From positions 4,160,001-4,224,000 of the forward strand of contig CBDCGL010000011.1 in the NCBI GenBank assembly GCA_965216755.1: 64,000 nucleotides of DNA, given 5' to 3'. Positions 20,710 to 29,302 of this stretch are shown here, piece by piece. How positions within the stretch are numbered: position 1 is the first letter of the stretch; every line of letters begins with the position of its first letter. The DNA is from Alphaproteobacteria bacterium (GTDB lineage Bacteria; Pseudomonadota; Alphaproteobacteria; UBA7887). A model generated the notes under the pieces. The model was given only the letters and a program-made list of their open reading frames with translations. It was not told the origin of the DNA and searched no databases. The position numbers were made by a program, and so were the translations under genes.

Positions 20710-20724
20710 TTAATAGGGCGTTAG
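20710..20724. promoter_or_regulatory. CtrA-like box (TTAA-N7-TTAG)
   Basis: TTAA TAGGGCG TTAG, one mismatch to TTAA-N7-TTAA, about 60 bp upstream of the kinase start. Confidence 0.4.
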
Positions 20725-20834
20725 GGCCAAAGTTATTGGGTTGTTATGATTGGTATCTGTCGTATTCGTGCGAATACGATAGATCGTTTGAATACGCCGC
20801 GCCGGTTGCGCGTATCAGCTCAATCGCTCCAAAT

Positions 20835-20873
20835 CTGAACCTCGGATGAACGCCCTGTTCAGCGCTGATTCAG
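20835..20873. promoter_or_regulatory. Repeated operator-like array TGAAC-N6-TGAAC...TTCAG-N6-TTCAG
   Basis: TGAAC at 20836 and 20847; TTCAG at 20858 and 20869 (11-bp period). Confidence 0.5.
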
Positions 20874-20915
20874 CTTGTCCGTGGCCAACTTGGCCATTGG
20901 TCAAGGAGAACGGCT

Positions 20916-21254
20916 ATGAAGGGAGCAGTCCGCCTGGCTTTCGGCATCGTCATGACGGTGCTGACGATCACCGCCGTGGCGCAGCCCGCGTCCGCCCACG
21001 ATTGGCACAGCGGCCTGGCATTGAAGTGGTATACGCCAGGGCTGGGACTTTGGTTGTATCAACCGCCATGGCCCCGCCATGGCTACGGGCCGCCAGCGAC
21101 CTACTACGACCCGCCGCGGCGGTGGCATGCGCCACCCCGCCCCCACCATCGCTTCAAGCGGTGGCCCGGGCCCTCACCACGCTGGCATCGTCGTCACTTT
21201 CGGCCTTGGCATAAGCCATGGCCCCACCGCTGGCGCCGCTTTCGCCACTATTAG
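20916..21254 (+). CDS. Small secreted Pro/Trp/His/Arg-rich protein
   Basis: RBS AAGGAG, signal peptide ending ASA, low-complexity mature region. Confidence 0.7.
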   Translation: MKGAVRLAFGIVMTVLTITAVAQPASAHDWHSGLALKWYTPGLGLWLYQPPWPRHGYGPPATYYDPPRRWHAPPRPHHRFKRWPGPSPRWHRRHFRPWHKPWPHRWRRFRHY

Positions 21255-21260
21255 CCGGCG

Positions 21261-22028
21261 TTAGTGATCCTCAAGAAGTGATCCAAATCCGACAATTTTG
21301 TCGGCGATGCCAAGTTCGCGCAGGCGGTGCCAATAGGTCGCGGCATTGATCGCGATCACCGGTTTGGCCAACCATTTCTCGGCCTCCGCCGCAAGGCGCA
21401 TCGCCGAAAGGTTGGTGCCGACTTGAACCAGGGCATCGACGTCATCTGAGTCTATGTTCCGCATGGTCTCGCGCAAGTCATCCTCGGAAACTTCGGCGAT
21501 GGCCACGGGGCTTGGACAGCGCAGGCCGATGAGGCGAACCACATTGAATCCACAATCGGAAAAGAAACGAGTCACTTGCGCATCGGCGATCGGTTGGTAC
21601 GGCGAAATCACGGCGATACGCGTCGCCCCATAGAGTCGGAGCGCGGCGGCGGCCGCAAATGAACCGGCCGTGACCGGCACGCCGGCGTGGTCGGCAAGCT
21701 CTTGTCGCCGCTTTGCTGACGCGTCAAGTCCGCCCCAAAACATGTGGGACGACATGCCCATCATCAGATAGTCGGGTGCGCAGGTGAGGCACCGGTCGAC
21801 AGCACCCAGAAGCTCTCGGCCAATGGTATCCATCAGTGCTTTGAAATCATCGTCGTTTCGAATCGGCATGTTCGCGACCATGATGCGGCCGAAATGGTTG
21901 GCCACACCACGTGGCCGCATGTCGTCGAAGTCCGGTTGAACTACCGTATTGGTTGACGGCGCGACGACCGCGATTTTGGCCCGCCAACCCAGCGCATCGG
22001 CGCTGCGTGCAACAGCTTCGGGGTTCAT
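21261..22028 (-). CDS. Asp/Glu racemase superfamily (maleate isomerase/arylmalonate decarboxylase-like)
   Basis: VAPSTNTVVQ, IAVISPY, KPVIAINAA. Confidence 0.8.
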   Translation of the reverse strand: MNPEAVARSADALGWRAKIAVVAPSTNTVVQPDFDDMRPRGVANHFGRIMVANMPIRNDDDFKALMDTIGRELLGAVDRCLTCAPDYLMMGMSSHMFWGGLDASAKRRQELADHAGVPVTAGSFAAAAALRLYGATRIAVISPYQPIADAQVTRFFSDCGFNVVRLIGLRCPSPVAIAEVSEDDLRETMRNIDSDDVDALVQVGTNLSAMRLAAEAEKWLAKPVIAINAATYWHRLRELGIADKIVGFGSLLEDH

Positions 22029-22149
22029 CGCGGTGTCCTTTCCGGTCGTGGCGGCAGGCCTTGGGTGGCGACGGATAAAGCGATAGTCTGGGCATCGTGC
22101 ATATGCCGACAACGATCCTATCGGATCCAGCCGAGGACGGGTTTTTGAA

Positions 22150-22560
22150 ATGGACGACGCGTATCCCGACATTGTCGAATCGTTACGGGCTTATTTTGAT
22201 GGGTTTTACTACAGCGACGTGGCGCAACTGAAAACCATCTTTCATCCGGCTTGCCACCTTTACACGGCGACCGACGGGCCGTTGCAGGATGATGACATGG
22301 ACGCGGTCTATGCCCGCGTCGCCGGGCGTACGGCGCCGGCTGCAAATCGCCAGAAACGGTTGGACCGGATCTTGTCAGTCGATCATTCGGGTCCGGAATC
22401 GGCACTCGCGAAAGTACAGATCGCCATCGGCGAGAAGCTGTTCACCGACTATTTGACGATGTTGAAGATCGGTGGTCGTTGGCAAATCATATCAAAGACC
22501 TACACCTATGTGCCGATTGCGGTCGAGGTCGAAGACGCGGGCAGTGTCGCCGCCGAATAG
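22150..22560 (+). CDS. NTF2-like (putative lumazine-binding) protein
   Basis: YFDGFY, FHP, FTDYLTMLKIGGRWQIISK. Confidence 0.8.
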   Translation: MDDAYPDIVESLRAYFDGFYYSDVAQLKTIFHPACHLYTATDGPLQDDDMDAVYARVAGRTAPAANRQKRLDRILSVDHSGPESALAKVQIAIGEKLFTDYLTMLKIGGRWQIISKTYTYVPIAVEVEDAGSVAAE

Positions 22561-22567
22561 GCCGATT

Positions 22568-23056
22568 TTAGTCGTGTTCGTCCGGCGTTAGCCGATAGCG
22601 AAAATCGCAATGGTCGGCGCCGGACATGATGGTTTGTGTTCGGGTCAGCTTAATGCGGGGATTGTAGCCTGTACAAAAGGCGCCATCGCGGCCGCAGGAT
22701 AGAATGGCGCCGATATCTTCGAGGCCCATGTCACGATACATCTCGGCGTAGCGGCACCGCGTCACGTTAAAGGCGAAGTGCTCGTCGTCTTGTTCGAGGA
22801 TGTCGATGTTAAGTGCATCATCGGCCTGCCATTGGGGCAAAAGGGCGGCAAAGCCCGCCAGATCGTTGGCGACCGTTTGTCGTGCCGCATGCGCGCGGCC
22901 ATGATCGACCGCATTGCGGACGATCGCCCTTTGCAAAATGGCCTGAGCCTGTTCGGGTCCCAATGCGGCGGACATTTCCTCGTAGATCGGCCGAATAACA
23001 TTGGCCTCGATACGGCGCCGCGACAGGATCGGAAGGTCGTCAATGCTGTGGGTCAT
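22568..23056 (-). CDS. L-2-amino-thiazoline-4-carboxylate hydrolase-like protein
   Basis: FNVTRCRYAE, LSCGRD, RTQTIMSGADHCDFRY. Confidence 0.82.
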   Translation of the reverse strand: MTHSIDDLPILSRRRIEANVIRPIYEEMSAALGPEQAQAILQRAIVRNAVDHGRAHAARQTVANDLAGFAALLPQWQADDALNIDILEQDDEHFAFNVTRCRYAEMYRDMGLEDIGAILSCGRDGAFCTGYNPRIKLTRTQTIMSGADHCDFRYRLTPDEHD

Positions 23057-23130
23057 GGCAAACTAGATTTGGATTTAGCCCGATGTTCGCACGCCAGAGT
23101 ATGATCGATCGTAGCCAATAGGACCACGCC

Positions 23131-23892
23131 ATGGATCTTGGACTCAACGGCAAACGCGCGATCGTGACAGGTGGATCGCGGGGCATCGGCCGCGCGATCG
23201 CCGAAACATTGGCGCGCGAAGGCTGCGCGGTCGGCCTTTGTGCACGCGGCGCGGACGGCGTCGAAGACGCCGTCCGTGCATGTGAAGCCCTTGGCCAGCA
23301 TGCCCTTGGCGCTGCCGTGAATGTCGCCGATGGTGCGGCGCTGCAAGGCTGGATCGCAGAAACCGCGGAGAGTCTGGGCGGTCTTGACGTACTCGTCTGC
23401 AATGCCAGCGCCTTGGCCACCGCACAAACCGATGCCGCGTGGCAAAAGGGTTTCGCGACCGACATTATGGGCACCGTGCACGCGGTCGAGGCGGCGCTGC
23501 CTTTTCTGAAGCGCGGCGATGGCGGCGCCATCGTCGCGATCGCCAGCACGGCCGCGTTGGAAATCTATTCCGGCTCGCGCCCGTATAGCGCGGTGAAAGC
23601 GGCACTGATCAACTATGTCGCCGGTCTGAGCGCGACGCTTGGGCAAGATCATATTCGTGCCAATAGCGTTTGCCCCGGCGCGACCTATTTCCCGGGCGGC
23701 GTCTGGGCGCGGGCCGAGACCGAGAACCCGGACGCGTACCAGGCGTTGGTCGGTCGCGCTGCCCTTGGCCGAATGGCCGGGCCGGAAGAAATCGCGCGGG
23801 CCGCCGTATTTTTGGCCAGTCCCGCCGCGAGTTTCATCACCGGCGCGAACTTGGTGGTCGACGGCGGTCTGACCCATCGTGTGCAATATTGA
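23131..23892 (+). CDS. Short-chain dehydrogenase/reductase
   Basis: TGGSRGIG, YSAVK. Confidence 0.9.
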   Translation: MDLGLNGKRAIVTGGSRGIGRAIAETLAREGCAVGLCARGADGVEDAVRACEALGQHALGAAVNVADGAALQGWIAETAESLGGLDVLVCNASALATAQTDAAWQKGFATDIMGTVHAVEAALPFLKRGDGGAIVAIASTAALEIYSGSRPYSAVKAALINYVAGLSATLGQDHIRANSVCPGATYFPGGVWARAETENPDAYQALVGRAALGRMAGPEEIARAAVFLASPAASFITGANLVVDGGLTHRVQY

Positions 23893-24013
23893 GGGCTTGG
23901 CCAAGCGATCGGTCGCGCGTGACAGCATTGCCGAAGCGACCGAAACGGTGTACCCGCTAGAACCGTCGGCGCCGTCGGGTCGGCGAAGTAGAACGCGCAA
24001 CGGAGCAATCTTT

Positions 24014-24259
24014 ATGGCAGATGACACAAAAAATGACGACGGTCGTGAACGGATTACAGTTCTGGCCAAGGAATTTACGCCTGCTGCAATGGAGTACCAT
24101 CGCCGGCGCATGGGCAATCAAGGCTATTCATTGGCGGCGCCGATTACAGCCCACAAGGTTTTTGTTATTGAAGGGCCGGGCGAGCCGACCCCGTTGCTTG
24201 GCGGCGAAGAGTATTTCGCTGCAACTTTTATTCGCAAATCGCCGGACGATGAAGATTGA
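24014..24259 (+). CDS. Small hypothetical protein
   Basis: GGAG RBS before the ATG at 24014; plausible 81-aa composition. Confidence 0.55.
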   Translation: MADDTKNDDGRERITVLAKEFTPAAMEYHRRRMGNQGYSLAAPITAHKVFVIEGPGEPTPLLGGEEYFAATFIRKSPDDED

Positions 24260-24345
24260 AACGTGTGATTCAGCCGAATTGCCTCCGGCAGACCGTTGAC
24301 GGCGCAGGAATGTGGTCCGCAGCGGTCGTGAGCGTGTGAATTGCG

Positions 24346-25608
24346 ATGGACGGCGCGCAGCCACCAACCGGTTCTGCTGACAAACCGACTCTGCGGCGCA
24401 GCCTGTCTTTGCCGCTGCTCGTCCTGTTTGGACTGGGCACGACCATCGGAGCCGGTATTTATGTGTTGCTGGGCGAGGTCGTCGGGCGCGCTGGGGTCTT
24501 CGCCGCGGTAGCGTTTTTGGTTGCATCGGTACTCGCCGGAATCAGCGGTTTCAGTTTCGCGGAGCTGTCAGCGCGTTTTCCGCGCAGTGCGGGCGAAGCG
24601 CTCTACGTGCGTCATGGCCTAAATTCGCGGACATTGGCATTGGTGGTTGGGCTGATGGTGGTCTTTGCCGGCTCGGTGTCGTCGGCGGCCATCGTCCACG
24701 GGTTTGCCGGTTATGCGCGTGAGGTGGTCGACCTTCCCCGCGACCCCATCGTTGTCGCGGCTATAATCGCGCTGGGCGCCGTGACCGTGTGGGGTATACG
24801 AGAGTCTGTTTCTTTGGCGGCGATCCTGACGGCATTCGAAATCGCCGGATTGGTGCTGGTGATTGGCGCCGGCGCGTGGGCGGTGAGTACTCACGGGCCG
24901 GTTGTCCAGACCGAGACATTCAGCTCCTTAGGCGCGGCGGGGCTGGGCATTGGCAGTGCCGCCGTTTTGGCGTTTTACGCGTTTATTGGGTTCGAGGATC
25001 TGGTCAACGTTGCCGAAGAGGTTCGCGACGTGGAACACGCCATGCCACGGGCCATCCTCTGGACGCTGGCGGCGACCCTGGTCCTGTATGTCGCTGTCGC
25101 GTTGGTGGCTGTCGCGGTGGCGCCGATCGATGGATTGCGCGCCAGTGAGGCCCCGCTTGCCTACGTATTTGTCATGGCCAGCGGGCGTTCCGGCGCGGTG
25201 ATCGTTGCGATCGGGCTGTTTGCGGTGGTCAATGGGGCGCTGATCCAAATGATCATGGCGTCGCGTGTGCTTTATGGGCTGTCGGCTTTGGGTTGGTTAC
25301 CGGGGCCGTTCGGTCGGATTTACCCGCGCACCCGTACGCCTGTCGTTGCGACAGTGTTTGTTGTCGGCGTTATGACAGTGCTCGCGCTGTGGTTGCCGCT
25401 GGTACGGTTGGCTGAATTGACGTCGATCGCGACGTTGATAATTTTCACGCTCGTCAATCTGGCACTTTGGCGACTCAAGCGCCAGGCTGTGCCGGCGGAC
25501 GCCGCAACCGCCCGGCCGCGCTTCACGGTGCCGATTTGGGTGCCGGTTCTGGGCAGCATTGTCAGCGCGGGATTCGTCGTATACGGGGTTTGGGCTTACC
25601 TGTTGTAA
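24346..25608 (+). CDS. APC-family amino acid permease
   Basis: GTTIGAGIY, FYAFIGFE, multiple TM helices. Confidence 0.9.
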   Translation: MDGAQPPTGSADKPTLRRSLSLPLLVLFGLGTTIGAGIYVLLGEVVGRAGVFAAVAFLVASVLAGISGFSFAELSARFPRSAGEALYVRHGLNSRTLALVVGLMVVFAGSVSSAAIVHGFAGYAREVVDLPRDPIVVAAIIALGAVTVWGIRESVSLAAILTAFEIAGLVLVIGAGAWAVSTHGPVVQTETFSSLGAAGLGIGSAAVLAFYAFIGFEDLVNVAEEVRDVEHAMPRAILWTLAATLVLYVAVALVAVAVAPIDGLRASEAPLAYVFVMASGRSGAVIVAIGLFAVVNGALIQMIMASRVLYGLSALGWLPGPFGRIYPRTRTPVVATVFVVGVMTVLALWLPLVRLAELTSIATLIIFTLVNLALWRLKRQAVPADAATARPRFTVPIWVPVLGSIVSAGFVVYGVWAYLL

Positions 25609-26353
25609 GGCAGAAACCGTTGCCAGTGCCATTCCGCTTGCCGGTTCGCGCAATCCGGGTTCGCATTTCGCCAGTCACCTGCCCGCCACGGACGGCAAGC
25701 CGAACATGGCGCGGCAAGCGCTCAGCGGCCCGCGAAAACGCCCGCCGTGCCATATCGCCAACGGTCAAAACCGTTTTGATGTCGGCACGCTGACGAAACA
25801 TCTGGTCGCGCGCCGGCCTGGGCGGACGCGAGTCTATGTCGCAGCGCACGAGTGCCCGGCGCCGGTTGGTGCGCCGAAATCGTACGCCGCTAGGACGCGG
25901 TACCTGGGGCGACCCAGCACGCGTATGATTGTAGGAGCCGGGCGGCAAGCACAACCAGTGCTCCATACGATCTGGCATTTCGTTAGTCTGGTTTCAGTAT
26001 GCATGCGGTGCAAGGGGGGCATCGCGCGGCGACGGAACGTTGACCCAGCGGCTGCTACCCCTGAATGGCAATTGGCGAGAATTTTCGAAAAATACCTATA
26101 ATATTGATGGAGCGGTAACTAGATACTGTATAACATAGACATGATCGTTATAACATTTCTAAATTGGCTTGGTGGGCGCGCCAATTGAGTCCAAAACGGT
26201 GCCGTGACAATTTTGGGGCGACCACGATTTGCAGTGGCAAAGGGCCTGTCCACGCGTGAACAATGCTGGCGATGAAGATTCGGGGCGTCGCTCGCTCGAT
26301 TGCCGAGAATAGCTCGATCGCCGAGAAAAGAAGGTCAGGAAAGCTTTACACCT

Positions 26354-27136
26354 ATGTATGTTCACCCGCTCGGTTGGGACGCAGCGCCCGCCCGGGAAGC
26401 GTATGATCGACAGCAATCTCTGGTGCCGGGATTGTTGCCAGAATATTTTGTTGCCCGGGCCGACACGGAAGACCTGTTGCGGCAATGTTTCGCGCTCCGA
26501 TATCAGGTCTATTGTATTGAGAACCAGTTTGAGGATCCGACCGTAAACGTTGCTGGGTTGGAATCCGATATTTATGACGAGCAAGCGGTTCACGCGCTGG
26601 TTATTCATGTCAAGACTGGCATTCCAGTCGCGACCATAAGGCTTATCCTGCCGGTTGCTGCGGATAATCGGACATTGCCCTTTTTTGACGTGTGCGATCA
26701 CCTGCGATTTGAAGATTTTTGTATCGCGGCGGGCGAACTCGGAGAGATGTCGCGGTTCGCAATCGGCAAGGCTGCGCGACGATTGTCCATGCCGGCCTCA
26801 AACGAGCAAGAGCGGGTCGCGCTGGATCCGTTGGGGCGTCTGCGGACGGATGGTCGAATTGCGCCGACCGTCGGGTTGGCGAGCGCGGTCGTTCGGCTTT
26901 GCGTGGAGAACAATGTTCATTACGTTTGCGGTTTGAGCAGTCGCGGTGTTCTCCGGCGCATGGGAGCCCTGGGGATCAAGTTTGACACCATTGGGCCGGA
27001 GGTCGATCATCATGGTTTGCGGTATCCGACCATGACGAATGTGGCCAAGCTCTTGGATGAGACCGCGCGCCTACAACCGGACGTTTGGCGCCTTATGTCG
27101 TGCGATGGCACGTTACGGAATGTCTTGCATCGGTAA
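26354..27136 (+). CDS. GNAT-fold N-acyl amino acid synthase (FeeM-like; PEP-CTERM/exosortase-associated acyltransferase family)
   Basis: LRYQVYCIE, LESDIYD, ATIRLI, EMSRFAI, IGPEVDHHGLRYP. Confidence 0.8.
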   Translation: MYVHPLGWDAAPAREAYDRQQSLVPGLLPEYFVARADTEDLLRQCFALRYQVYCIENQFEDPTVNVAGLESDIYDEQAVHALVIHVKTGIPVATIRLILPVAADNRTLPFFDVCDHLRFEDFCIAAGELGEMSRFAIGKAARRLSMPASNEQERVALDPLGRLRTDGRIAPTVGLASAVVRLCVENNVHYVCGLSSRGVLRRMGALGIKFDTIGPEVDHHGLRYPTMTNVAKLLDETARLQPDVWRLMSCDGTLRNVLHR

Positions 27137-27255
27137 GACATCACGGCTGTGACTCTGGCAATGTTTCGTGTGAGAAGCTTTTCGGTAAGTCTGTACTGTA
27201 AAACGCAGGTTTGTCAGTTGGTAACTTCGCCAGTCGAAACCACTGTGGAAATCCA

Positions 27256-28905
27256 GTGAGTGATCCCATCCCTGCTGCCGCCTTGCCGGAAAGTCCACGG
27301 TTTGTCGACTTGGCTCGTGCCATCGCGCATTGGCGGCGCCGTTTGGGTGACGACGCGGTTCTCGTTGAATCGGCCTGCCGTCCGTATGAGGCCAATTGCA
27401 TAGGCTTGCGGCGCTCGATACCCGTTGTTCTGCGGCCGCGTGATGAAACGCAAGTTCGCGACGTTGTCCGAATTGCCAAGCAATGCAAGGTTTCGATTTA
27501 CCCGATCAGCACCGGAAAGAATTGGGGCTATGGGGCGGCCTTGCCGACGGCCGAGCGCTCGGTCGTGGTCGATTTGTCGCGGATGCGCCGGATAAAGGCG
27601 ATGGAGCCCGAGCTTGGTTTGGTGACTGTTCAACCCGGAGTGACGCAAGGCGACTTGCGGCAATATTTGGATAGGCACAACTTGCCGTTTATGGTTCCCG
27701 TGACCGGTGCGGGGCCGTCCTGCAGCTTGGTTGGGAATGCGCTTGAGCGCGGCTATGGGATTACACCGCACACCGATCATTTTCTGGCGGTTCGGTCATT
27801 GCGTGCGGTCTTACCCGATGGCCGCGTGTACCAGTCGGCACTGACCGAAGCGGGCGGTGCCCTGGTTGATGGCGCCCACAAGTGGGGTGTTGGACCTTAT
27901 CTCGACGGATTGTACAGCCAGGGCGGTTTTGGTGTGGTCACGGAGATGACCATTGCATTGGCATCGGTTCCCGAACGTGTCGATGTGTTCACGATGGCGA
28001 TAGAGAACGACGATGACTTGGGCGAGATTGTCGATGCCGTTCGCGACTTGCTGCAAAGGTCGGGCGGCGCCATCGGTGGCATCAACCTGATGAACCGTTT
28101 AAGGCTCCTGTCGATGCTTCAGCCCTATCCCTGGCAACATGTGCCGCCTGGGGGCGTCATCTCAGACAGGTTGGCCGAACGCCTTGGCCGCGAAGCGCGG
28201 TTGCCCGCTTGGATGGGGCTTGGGGCTATTTACGGCGATCACGAGGTGGTTGCGGGGCTTCGCCAAGCAATGCGGCGGCGGTTCCGCGGGCTCTCGAAAG
28301 ACGTCAGGTTTGTTTCCCGGCGCAGCCTCCAATTGACCCGATGGATTGGCGGCCGCGTTCCAGGTAGGTTCGGGCGGATCCTGCGCCAACGCTTTCTCAT
28401 GGCGTCGGAAATTTTGGGCATTGCGTCCGGCGTCCCGAGTGAAACACCACTTCGGCTTGCATACTGGAAATCGGCGACGCCGATTCCAACCATGGGATCG
28501 TTGGATCCCGCGCGAGACGGATGTGGCATTGTTTGGTTTGCGCCACTGGTGCCGATGCGGTCGCGGGACGTCCGCAAGTACGTCGCGTTGGTCGGCGATG
28601 TGTGTCGGGGCTACGGGGTCGAGCCGCTAATTACCCTGACAACTGTTTCGAACCAGTGTTTCGACAGTACGATTCCGATTTTGTTTCAAGGCGACGATGG
28701 GGGCGAAACAGCGCGCCGCTGCTATGAAGACTTGTTTTCAGCATGTCAAAAGCACGGATATCTGCCCTATCGGATGAATGCGGGCTCGATGCCCTTATAT
28801 ACCGGCAATCGAGAGTCGACATATTGGCATACGGTACAAGAGCTTAAAGCCGCTCTTGATCCGGAGGGCATCTTCTCGCCCGGACGATACGCGCCGACTT
28901 TTTAG
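27256..28905 (+). CDS. VAO/p-cresol methylhydroxylase-family FAD oxidoreductase
   Basis: PISTGKNWGYG, VQPGVT, SLVGNALERGYG, GVGPYLDGLYSQGGFGVVT, LDPEGIFSPG. Confidence 0.88.
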   Translation: MSDPIPAAALPESPRFVDLARAIAHWRRRLGDDAVLVESACRPYEANCIGLRRSIPVVLRPRDETQVRDVVRIAKQCKVSIYPISTGKNWGYGAALPTAERSVVVDLSRMRRIKAMEPELGLVTVQPGVTQGDLRQYLDRHNLPFMVPVTGAGPSCSLVGNALERGYGITPHTDHFLAVRSLRAVLPDGRVYQSALTEAGGALVDGAHKWGVGPYLDGLYSQGGFGVVTEMTIALASVPERVDVFTMAIENDDDLGEIVDAVRDLLQRSGGAIGGINLMNRLRLLSMLQPYPWQHVPPGGVISDRLAERLGREARLPAWMGLGAIYGDHEVVAGLRQAMRRRFRGLSKDVRFVSRRSLQLTRWIGGRVPGRFGRILRQRFLMASEILGIASGVPSETPLRLAYWKSATPIPTMGSLDPARDGCGIVWFAPLVPMRSRDVRKYVALVGDVCRGYGVEPLITLTTVSNQCFDSTIPILFQGDDGGETARRCYEDLFSACQKHGYLPYRMNAGSMPLYTGNRESTYWHTVQELKAALDPEGIFSPGRYAPTF

Positions 28906-29302
28906 CCGACACTTGGCGGATGCGGTCTGTACATAGACCACATCGCGCCTGTGTTGGTCGTCCACACTTCGTCGCATTTATCCAAAATTCGAATGACTTG
29001 CGCGCCGTCATATTTTTCGCCGGCACGAACGGCCTTTAGCTCTTATTCACCACTTTTCTCTAGCTTTCTGCGATAGCCGCATAGCCGCGGATGCGGCTGT
29101 GAGGTGCACCACTTTTGGTGCGCCATTGTGAGTCGGGCTGCCAATGACGGACATATTCATCGTGGGGCGATCAAAACGCCAAGGCCAATAGCCTGCTGAA
29201 GCGGAACCCGCCCATTCCGTTTGAGCACGGGCGATTGATCAAGCCGGGCCATGGGGTGCTGAGGCTGGTGCAATTCTTGACAAATTCCCGATCGCGAATG
29301 GC

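Noticed and set aside
26354-27136. LuxI-type AHL synthase
   Set aside because: Motifs fit the FeeM/exosortase-associated family better, and there is no adjacent LuxR
29050-29230. Short hairpins upstream of the GGDEF-EAL gene as a c-di-GMP riboswitch
   Set aside because: No recognisable c-di-GMP-I or -II consensus; short stems are common at this GC content
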